64,000 bases of DNA from Bigelowiella natans CCMP2755 (lineage: Eukaryota; Protista; Cercozoa). A program made the translations under genes and the position numbers. Within the stretch, counting starts at the first letter, position 1; each line of letters starts with the position of its first letter. Shown here piece after piece: positions 1-10,090 of the stretch. The DNA lies in assembly GCA_000320545.1 (NCBI GenBank), contig ADNK01000266.1:1-64000 (forward strand), in the 5' to 3' direction. The notes beneath the pieces were generated by a model. The model saw nothing but the letters and a program-made list of their open reading frames with translations. It did no database searches and was not told the origin of the DNA.

Positions 1-2430
1 TGGCACTTCGTCGTATTCCCTTACGGCCTAAGCATATCAGGGGATGCGTTCAGTAGTCAGAACTACAGGGCATACACACATGATGGGATGGCGTCTGTGT
101 TGTGGGTGTTTGTGTTTGTGTATGTGGATGATGACATAATATGTACCAACACAGTCGTCGCTCAGATCTTCCTCCTGGAAAATATATTTATTAGGTTTGC
201 ACACTTCGGTTTTACTATTAGACTGCAGAAGTGTACATTCCTAGCTACAAGAATCAAGTGGTGTGGATATTACCTGGAGCAAGGCCGCATCACCCCAAAC
301 CCCGAGAAAGTAGCAGCACTACAGCAAGCCCCTAAACCTAAGAATGCAAAGGAGTTAAAGTCATTCTTGCAGACTGCAGCTTGGATACTACGTAGGTTCT
401 CCCCTACCTACGCTAGGACTGCAGCTGCTTTTACTACTGCTTACCGGAAGGAGAACTCTGTAGGCCTCAGCTTCGCTAAGGTGTGGGCCAAGGCTGGCCT
501 TGATGCCCACTTCGATAACCTAATAAAGTTATGCAGCAACACCCTATTGAATGCTAAGCTAGACACTACTAGACCAGCTACCCTATGGACAGACTGGTCT
601 AAGCTAGGTATGGCTGCTGTACTTACCCAAGACCAGCAGATCATACGGGTGTGGGGCAGGGCCTGCACAGCAGCTGAGGCCAAGTACAGCCCTACAAAAG
701 GAGAGTATAAAGCCATGACTGAGGCGCAGAGGAAACTAAGATACTACCTGCTGTCGGTGCCCAGCTTCACCTTAATGACTGACCACAAGCCCCTCCTAGG
801 CATCGACCGCAAGCTCGAAGCGCCTAACGATGAGTATGCAGCTATGAGGGCGGACACGGAAGAGTTTAGGGACAAGAGGACAGTGGTCTACGCACCAGGA
901 GACAAGCAGCTTGCTGACTATTTCAGCAGGCTGTTCGAAAAGAAAGTCCCTACCCAGGTCACCCCTATGGTTAACGCGATTACCTTCGAGGACGGCGACT
1001 TCCTGCCTGAGCCAGAGGAGCTCCAGCACCTTCAAGAACACCTGGATAAATACAAACACAAGCATGAGGTACTTAGTGATAGGATATATGTATACACTAA
1101 TAATGTTAGGCGTACCTACGTGCCACGGCGGACCAGGGGAGCCCTTCTCTTTACCGCCCATGGACCTGCACACGTAGGAGAAAACCATATCACTGCTCTA
1201 CTCTACCATTACTACTGGCCCTACAAGCTAAAAGAGATAAGGACATACCTGCGTGGCTGCAGGTGCTCCAGCTTGAAGGCGGCAGGCGTCGCCACCAAGG
1301 AGTCCAGCAAGAGCCGTGCATCTAAGAAAATCAAAGCAAGGAACTTCTTAGATATCGTGCAAATTGATGTTTATAAGTACGATGGCTATCACTACCTTAC
1401 CTTCGTTGATGTGGCCACTGGAAAGTGCTGGGTTAAAAAGATTATCAAGGTCAACGTTGCTAAGAAGAACAAAGGCTTATATAAGCAGAGGCTTACTAAC
1501 TGCTACCGTACCTGGGAGTCTGAGCTCCAGGCTATCCCTGATGAAGTTAGCATAAACAAGATACCAAAGAAGTTACATGTGGATAATGAGACCTCTCTTC
1601 TACAGCTACCACACCCTAATATTGATGCCTCACCTGTATACTATGCCCAGTCCAACTCCAAGGTAGAGCGACTCCACCGCACCTTGGCCAACCTAAGCAG
1701 GATAAATAGCACCACACCAGACAAGATACAAGGGTTAGTAAACGACACCTTCACGTCTGGGGGAGGTATCAAGGATAAGGAGAGGGAAGAAGGCGACGAC
1801 AACGACGACGATACCGAGAGCGAAGACGAGAAGGTCCCGTACGATGGCCGAGTTCTAAAGGAAGGACAGTATGTTAGGGCCAAGGTAAATCTGAGATCGA
1901 GAAATAAACAAGACCCCTTCTGGGGTGGCGTTGCAAAGGTTACCGAGAGGAAGGGGAGGAAGCAGTACTACATCTATGATGGGAACAGGGTCACCTTGCG
2001 CCACATCAGTCACCTAAAGAATTATGATATCGGTGAGAAGCTCCTAGAGGATGTTAAAGTAAACCCTACTGTGTGGGAGCGAGCAATGCCTTGTTTAGGA
2101 CCCCGACCTAAGTTCGATGTGGAATATGGAAACAATAAGGTCAGGGTGAACGACGATTGGCGCATGAAGATTGTCTATCTAGGCTACCCTGGATTACGAA
2201 ATATGGAGAGGGTAGCTATGAAAATAAAGGACGGAAAATATCAGCTACTCTACCTAGCTGTTCCCGACTTACCCTTTGAGCACTGGTATAAGGTCCTGGG
2301 GGACCTTGATGCAGAGGGCTGGTATGGACACGAACCTAAGGACGAAGGTGAGTTCTGGGTAAGCGACAAAGGAGATAAGGTTAGAGAGGAATCTATTACC
2401 TGGTGGTTGGTGAAGTTCCGAAAGCGATGA
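1..2430 (+). mobile_element. Ty3/Gypsy-type LTR retrotransposon pol, 5'-truncated by the window edge (end of RT, RNase H, integrase, GPY/F-like module, extra C-terminal domain)
   Basis: Frame is open from base 1 (WHFVVFPYGL...) through the listed 88..2430 ORF. RT motifs PYGL and YVDD (121-132). RNase H motifs LWTDWSKLGMAAVL, YSPTKGEY, LMTDHKPL. Integrase H(1159)/H(1171)/C-R-C(1258-1266) and D(1366)/D(1582)/E(1666). RT-RH-IN order is Ty3/Gypsy. Confidence 0.92.
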
Positions 2431-2473
2431 AGGTCTAAGGGAATAAGGAAGGAAGGAAGGAGCAACGTGACTT

Positions 2474-2481
2474 GGGGGAGG
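2474..2481 (+). promoter_or_regulatory. Polypurine tract (plus-strand primer) of the retrotransposon
   Basis: GGGGGAGG directly abuts the TG that starts the predicted LTR. A further purine run lies at about 2437-2462. Confidence 0.8.
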
Positions 2482-2807
2482 TGTAGCGCGTACCACTACG
2501 CGGGCACAAGTCACGTGCGACAACAAAGGGGTTGTCGCGGATATAGAATATAGATAACGTAGATATTAATACAGCATAGGCACGTGGGTTCCGGCGGGAC
2601 TCATGGCAGCACACCGGAAGTGTGCTGCCCCACGTGCGGCGGCATTCGCGAAAGCTTCGCGAATGATTACGCAGTGCACGATTTAATAAAAATATAATCT
2701 TTAATAAAAATAAACACAACTCTTCAAAAGGAAGCAAACGTGCCTTTCCCCCCCCCTGCCTACTTGTGCACGTAGCGCCTCGGCCTGTGAACACCTTACG
2801 CGCAACA
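2482..2807 (+). mobile_element. 3' LTR (326 bp)
   Basis: Starts TGTAGCGCGT (2482-2491) and ends ACGCGCAACA (2798-2807), a 9/10 terminal inverted repeat with TG...CA ends, right after the polypurine tract. Contains a duplicated TTTAATAAAAATA (about 2682 and 2700). Confidence 0.8.
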
Positions 2808-3200
2808 TTCCATGCAGCTGCTCCCATGGCTACATAGATGGGCTTCTTATCTTAGAGAGAGATTGCACTAAGATGCATGTGAAAAGCACAAGCATGGTCG
2901 AGAATTGACGAAATGGAGCGCTGGGAGCAGGCAGTAGCAAGCTAGCAAGCAGCAAAACTAGCTAGCTAGGCAAGGCGCACGTTCCTCTTTGTAGTGTCTA
3001 GGCTGCGTGAGCTATTCATTTAGCGTACGCAGTTGCTACACATCATGTCCAATATACAGCTACAGCACAAGTGCGCGTGAGCACTGGGTCAAAGCCAATT
3101 TGTGCTGCATGTGCCAATGCGTTGCGTACACACAAAGCGTTCACACGCATTGTATTTGGCGGAGCGACACATATACATTTCTCGCTGGGTATTTATTTCT
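2808..3200. repeat. Palindrome-rich intergenic block A (CTAG/CATG/TGCA)
   Basis: ACTAGCTAGCTAGG near 2957, AGCAAGCTAGCAAGC near 2936, many CATG/TGCA words. Lies between the LTR and the 3' end of a minus-strand gene. Confidence 0.6.
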
Positions 3201-3204
3201 AAGA

Positions 3205-4750
3205 TTAAAGATTTGGCGGGCTATTCCGATCCCTGCAACAAAAATATTGGACAAGGAGGGGAGACATGCCTGGACAACAAGATAATGTCTGGACAGAAAT
3301 TGGGGATATTTTCTTCACAGACACGCTGAGAATTGTGCTCTGTGCCGAGCGTTGAGACTCTGCAGATGTACTAAGCCCTTCACTATTACGCTTCAGTCCT
3401 TGACAATGGCTTCTATAAGCTCTCTCGATTGCCCGAGCTGCATTTGTACATAAACTCGAAAGGTAAGATGGAGATTCACTATTCGACGGCACACCATCGA
3501 GAACGAGGCCAGATCGTCCCTCCTGAGGGTTCATATTAGTCACTCTTTCAAGTGCATGCACATGGTGGATGAATCGCTGACCTTAGAGTTCAGAAGCTGC
3601 TCATGAACGCACTGGACAAATCTCTTAGCATGGGGCGTAAGAGCTTCTGGAAACGGAAAATCAATGTGTGTTTTAGGCAACGTACGTCTTCCCCCCTCCC
3701 CAACATGTGTGTGCCTGTTGTTGGGCAACCTGGATCTTGAAGAACCCCTTCCAGAATATCTATTTCGTTTCCACCCTCCTCTGCAATCACGCGTGTGTCT
3801 GCATTAGAATCCAAACGTGGCATGGCTCCCACTATTACCCTCGCTTCGTGATGGGGTTCTCTCTTTGAATATTGCCCATTCATACACAGGCTTGGACGCG
3901 GGGAGTTGCACAACGCTGAGTAGCAACTTTCTCCGGGTTCGGATGATGCTGCTGATGGGGGCACTAGCATACTCGAAGGTGGTATCTCGCCGCCACCACC
4001 CGAGTTTCGTCTTTCACTGATACAGACAATTGCACGGCGTGAATAAATAATGGATCATTCGACGAACTTGAGGATGTACCTGGTCAACCAAGTATCATTT
4101 TCAAGGCTGCACTCGTGGTAATATGCTTCAAGAGGAGAGAGCCTCCTACGCTCCTGCTTGTGAGAAACAGCAGACAAAGCCAGGATCTTGCTCTTCGAGT
4201 TTCGTCTTTTAACACGCTGCTCTGAATCAGTGCCTAACAACGAATATTAAATAAGCGAGTCCGAGAATACTGTTAGAGCTATTCGCACTCACACTTCTGA
4301 TTTCTTCCAATGCCGTTCGAATTTTTTTTCCTGCAAGATACCCATAAGAATAAGCAGGCTTCGACACGTAATTTTGACTCGATTACTTGCGACTCCCACT
4401 ATCGGAGGTTTCATCGGTCGTTCTGGGTCTTTCCCTTCGTTTTGCTGAGCAACTACGTGGCTGACGGGTATCTAGCCCTGCAATGATTATGTGTCAACTC
4501 AACAGATTTTGCCACCCACAATTTCGACTGACCTGGGTAGAGAACTGCCCACAGACCGTTCAATCGTTCAAAAAAGAGCTTTTGCTCTCTTTTCTTGCAA
4601 ATGTGTCTAGCACAGGAGTGTGTAGAACGTAGAAATTAGCATCTATAATATTTCTGTTCGAACTATAGCGAAGATTTCAATTAAACTAGTCACGAACGAC
4701 CTGACGTGGGACCCCATTCGTGTTTTGCATGTCCCACGAGGGAATGCCTT
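3205..4750 (-). CDS. Multi-exon hypothetical protein (5' end uncertain)
   Basis: ORF pieces 4055..4240, 3590..3970, 3540..3728 and 3205..3561 join in frame across short GT-AG introns (e.g. ...WLT|SERRNSGG..., ...LQDP|EALTPH..., ...LNSK|EGRSG...). No recognisable domain. Confidence 0.55.
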
Positions 4751-5047
4751 CCCGCTAGGTGGATTCCCTTTTCAGGGCGATTCTAACGATCTAGTACATT
4801 TTACGTTGTCTCGATACGTGGACATCCTAAATTCTCAGTATTTTTATAAATGAAAAATAGTCGGTAATCATAGTACTACGACATCATTCCTTGGCTTGGA
4901 AAAAGCAATATAGGCGAATTTCCGACAAAGCGACATCTGCCAAGCACTACGACATAAAAAGATTGTTGTCGCACTTTCAAATTGTGCAATTTCATCTACG
5001 AGTGACAGTAAACTGTCCCCCTCTGCAAACTTCACAACACCGTCGCG

Positions 5048-5739
5048 ATGGCTGGAAGCGGAAAGAAGCGGGGTCCTAAGGGCAGGAACTCGAAGAAAAA
5101 CAAGAGATCCTATGAACAGCCCATTCCCTCGAACGAGGTTGCTACACTAGTGGGTTTCATTCAATGAGGGGTCGCCTGTATGAACGGCGTATTGAGTGTG
5201 CGGAGGAGTTGCGAGTTATTATCACGTTGATCGCTAGTATTTTTGTGGGCACATTCTATATGCAGTCGTCTTTGAAAAATGGAAGGCACCTAAATTGACT
5301 AGAATGCTATCCTTTTTTAGCTTGACGAATTTCATAAGGAAGTCGATGAGGATGGGAACATCATGTTCGGAGAAAATAAGGACGATGATGATTCGGATGC
5401 ACAAGAGCCCATGTTAGATCTGGACATTGGTGTGTCTCCTTTGAATTTCGGGACTTCATCACAACAATAGATTCCTTTTGACAACTGCTCTGCTGTGCTT
5501 GTCCGTCAGGGTCAAGTTCTGATGACGACGAGTACGACGATAACTATAGACGGATGCAGGAGGAAGAGGAGGAAGAGGTTTTAGTCACCCTGCTATCTTG
5601 CTATCCCACAATCCCATCAGTACCGCAATGATTCTTCATCGTTTGCACAGAAATACCGTGTAGAAAAGGAGAAGGCTATTCGGGACGAAAAGCTTCAAGA
5701 AAAGAGCTGGGCTAGATCTGCGTAAGCACTTTAACTTCC

Positions 5740-5837
<98 letters not shown>

Positions 5838-5859
5838 TGTGTGAGTATGTGTGCGGGTT

Positions 5860-5901
<42 letters not shown>

Positions 5902-7964
5902 CAAGATATACGTCTTTATACATTAATTCGCCCATGTTTCTGTTCACAGCGCTTACGGTGCGGATACGTCCATGTATGAGGTATGTACATTCCTAATTAT
6001 GATAGTAGCTCTTGAGAAAGTTTGTAAGACCCTTCTTCTTGTGGGAAAGATCGTCTTGTCGGTCTTGATACGACTCACCTAACGGTACGTACCAGGTCGA
6101 ATCTGACGAAGAGATCGCGGAGCGGGAGGAGGAGGCCGCCATTCTAATGCAAAGGGAGCAAGCAGAAGAAATGGAAGATGAATACGAGGGCATGATGGAA
6201 GATCTTATCGCATCTGGACGAGCAGCAGCCGTGACAAGTAAGAAGCGAAAACAAGGTAGTAAATGTTCCAAATATCTCAAAGATCACGATAGCGCTCCCT
6301 CCACCCCGCCCAACCTCTCAGAGTTTCTGTCACCCAACAGATCCATCACTAAGATCGTCATCATCACTATCGTTCGTCTCTATCATCATCATCATCATCA
6401 CCCTCATCATCATTTCAATAATCTACTGCAGCTCCTGACGAGGATATCGGGGCAGGTACAAGACTTCACTCTGAGTTGAATAGCATCTCCCTTCTAGAGT
6501 CGAGCAGCTCGGCACCGGTGGAAGCTGTCCAGAGGGATCTCTCGAAGCTTTCCAAAGATGATCTTCTAGGCATTATAAACGCCGAGGCTCCTGAGCTCCT
6601 GATGCTGTTGGCGGAGTTGAAGGACAATCTCGAGTAGTAGTTATACTAGTTGTAGTAGTAGTTGTTGTAGTAGCCCAGTACTTCACACCAATTACACGCT
6701 CACCCATAAACCGAGAAGATAGACCAACATAGATTTTGGGGTTAGGGGTGGGAGGTGAAGCCGTAGAGTTCTACTAGAATGTCAAGGAGAACAGCAATGA
6801 TCAATTCCACCGCCGCCCTGTCCAAAAGCCGGGTAGCTGTCAGATCATCGAGACCGTCTCGTGTGAATTCATTCTCTCAGTATATTTTCGGGAGAGTGAG
6901 TATCGTTGTTTGTGGAGCTGGAGAAACCGTTCATGCTTTGTAGTGCTGCAATAAGCGAACAACGGTTTTGCGTTGAGTCTTGTCGTACTGGACGTTAGAG
7001 AGAGAGCTCGCTGACACTGCATGCTCTTTCCTGCTGTCTCCCCCAAATGCCCTTAGGTATCTGAACGAAGGCGCTCAAGGTGGCGCTGTAGCTGGCGAAA
7101 AAGGGAACAAAAAAAGGAGGAGGAAAGTGCGTGAAAGTGCGGCTGCAGCCCAGCTCGCGTCTAGCTGCTACGCCGTTAACATCGCATTCTATCTTCTCTT
7201 AAAGACGACAAATCCCCACGATGTGAGGGAGCATCCAGTGATGGACACCCTCATGCAGTATAGGGATGCGTCAGTTACCCTCCGGCAATTAGAAGAGGAG
7301 GAGGAGGAAGAGCTGAAAGCAAAGAAGGCAAAGCGCAAAAAGAAGAAAAAGAAAGCCGAGGAAGAGGGGACAGACAGCAAGAAGATAAAGAAGAAGAAGA
7401 AGAAAAAGAAGAAAAAGAAAACAAAGAATGTCTCCTCTGTTGACGAAGTAGACGGTCAAAACGAAGGACTGAACCCTAAGAAGGGTGACAAGGAAGACAA
7501 CGACGATGACAATGACGATGAAGACGATGACGCAGCGTATTTTATGAATCTGAACGAGAAGCAAGCTAAGGAGAAAGAGGAGAGGAGGATGAGGATGATG
7601 ATGATGATGAATGATGGTGATGATTTTGATGACGACGACTTTGATGAAGACGAGGAGGGGGAGTTTGAAGATGAGGAAGCAAAGACGAAAGCTGCGAAGA
7701 AGAGCAAGAAGAAGAAGAAAAAGGACAAGGACAAAAATGGCAAGAAACTACACGGCATCATGCTTAATCCTCAAGATCCTGAGAAACTTCATGCGGATGG
7801 ACGTAGAAAGGCGCATAAACGGTAATAGTAGTAATAGTAATAGTAGTAGTTGTAGTCATAGTCGTGGTGATGATGGTGCAGTCCCCTCCCCCCAGGAAGT
7901 GACGGTATAATCTTTATCATCATTGCATCGTCATTACCATCATAATAAAACATTGATAATCATA

Positions 7965-8000
<36 letters not shown>

Positions 8001-8503
8001 TAACGCATCATTACGATCAGCATCCTTAAGAACCGTGGGTTGACCCGTATTCGCAACAAGAAGGTGATATTTCGCAACTCGCCCACTATCGCTGCTGTTT
8101 CGTTGGACTTGATTTATCTTCGTGATCACAATAACTATCATCATCACCATCATCATTATCATCATCGTCATCATCATCATCACTGCGAGGCGTGTCGTTT
8201 TTTTTTCCCTTCTTCTTCTCTCTCATAATTATGTGTTTATTTTGCTCTCCTTGCCTCCCACTTGACAGTACCGCACTCCTCACCTGCGGTCCAGACACAA
8301 ATTCGAGAAGGCCATGAAAAAGTGTGTACTTGAGTGCTGTGTGCATGCTTGCATTGCATGCAAATGATGAAGTCTTTCTTCTGCTTTGCGTGAGTGGTAG
8401 CCACGACATTCCTGATCTCTCACACACATTTCATAAAATATTTGCAGACGGCGAACACAAGTCCGAGATTTCACAGAGTCGAAGGCTTCGAGGTACAAAG
8501 CAA

Positions 8504-8546
<43 letters not shown>

Positions 8547-8716
8547 ATCCAAGCGTGTTTGCATGTTTCTTTCTCTTTCTTTATCAGTGAATTCACCGTG
8601 TCCATGTGAGTTTGTGCATACGTTCACAATTGTATGCTTCTATTTTCTTCAGATATCTCGGAGAGAAAACCGGTATCAAGGCGAACATCATCAAAAGTAC
8701 TCAGCTCAAACCGTAA
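5048..8716 (+). CDS. UTP3: U3 snoRNP / SSU processome protein Utp3/Sas10 (multi-exon)
   Basis: ATG at 5048 (MAGSGKKRGPKG). N-terminal LDEFHKE. AEAPELLMLLAELK. Sas10/Utp3/C1D-type segment YAVNIAFYLLLK...HPVMDTL. Acidic and lysine-rich linker. Sas10 C-terminal ILKNRGLTRIRNKK...RHKFEKAMK...YLGEKTGIKANIIKS ending in TAA 8714-8716. Confidence 0.9.
5742..5898. repeat. Compound intronic microsatellite (CT)n-(GT)n-(AT)n
   Basis: Directly visible dinucleotide runs inside a UTP3 intron. Confidence 0.95.
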
Positions 8717-8819
8717 TGATATTGCTGCGCATTTCTTCATCGATCAGTCTCGGCACATTGATAATGTTGCATTGGCGCTACTCATACTTAATTACGTTAT
8801 ATGCTTTGTGGTGATCGAA

Positions 8820-10040
8820 TATATCTAGAGATATGCGATGCGATTGATCTAGCATAGTTGATATGTGGTGCGATGAGGAATAAATTCAGATCGGATACAT
8901 ACGCTGACTGCAGGATAATTATTTGTGTCTCATGCATGCTAGCATGCATGACGGCAGTACCCTCGCCAGCATCGCATGATGCGTGGATGCGTTATATTCG
9001 ATGGCTGGCGGGGGGACTAATAGTTAAACTAGAGACACAATCTGACAATGTCTATTTACATATAGAGTGTGTATAGCCGTGTAATGAACAGTTGCACTAA
9101 TCTAGCTAATGTGTTTATGTTTTTCCATGCACATGTACGCTATAGCGCACGTGATCATTTTTTCCCCACACGTGTACCAAACGCACCTGCACACCCGCAC
9201 GTACTGCGCAATTCAGTGAAATGTTAGATGCGCCACTGCTAGCTTGTGTTCTGTGCAAGTGCAGTGAGACATAATCTAGATAATGTCTACGCTGTATAGA
9301 CTGTACGTAACTAAGCAAAATCAATTGCCATGCTAGCATGTGTGATGTGTGAGCATGACAAGAAGATGCTCATTTTTCAATTTTTGCTCGCACATGTCAT
9401 GCTAGCATGCTAGCATGCGCGAGCGCAAAAAAATGCGAAATATTGAAGTTGATCCGATTGTTGTCGCCTCAGCCTAGCTAGCTAGCTAGTAGCAGCATGC
9501 CCTGCTAGCCTGCTGCGTGCAACGTACCACACCTAGTAGACATCGATCTAGAAGACACATGCAGATGCAAGAAATGAAGTCATTGAACCAGAATTATTAA
9601 TTACTCATGTTCACACCATTTAGCTAGCTAGCCATGCTAGCATGTCCATGTACGTGCATGTACTGCATGTTCTTGCACGCAATTTCACTTAGACTACAGC
9701 ATGTTGACATTGCTAGATTGCGTAATCTACATATCTACATGTTCAACGGTCATCCTGACTGTGCAACTGTGTCATTGCACATGTAACAGTGCAACGTCAG
9801 CCTGACCCCAGCTAGCCAGAGTCTAGCAGCGCACAGCGGCACGGGCATCCCTTCTCGTGCAAAGCAACGCGTACGACGAATCGAACGCAATCGGCCGAGC
9901 GATAAGCACTGTACTTGCTATTTGCATATGCGGTATCGTTTGTGCAGGTGCTATATAATGCACGCAGGGTTAGGGCGACTGAAATGTGCCACGTCATATA
10001 ATATCGTAAATTTTATTATTGTACCGAAGAGGAGACATCG
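8820..10040. repeat. Palindrome-rich intergenic block B
   Basis: 20-bp perfect palindrome CATGCATGCTAGCATGCATG at 8931-8950. CATGCTAGCATG at 9329, 9398 and 9633. (CTAG)n near 9476 and 9620. Between convergent UTP3 and SAPS genes. Confidence 0.75.
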
Positions 10041-10090
10041 ATCATGCTTTACATCTTATGCGCGATTGACGCAATATCACTACTTTTAAT

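Noticed and set aside
88-90. ATG at 88 as the start of a 780-aa gene
   Set aside because: The frame is open from base 1 and contains RT motifs upstream, so this is the interior of a pol polyprotein.
5781-5996. ORFs with VCVCVC, YIYIYI, HTHTHT, ERERER or poly-M/H/D runs (also about 7920-8630, 15120-15800, 20700-21070, 37360-38620, 54421-54681, 62030-62675)
   Set aside because: These are translations of intronic microsatellites, which lack stops in most frames.
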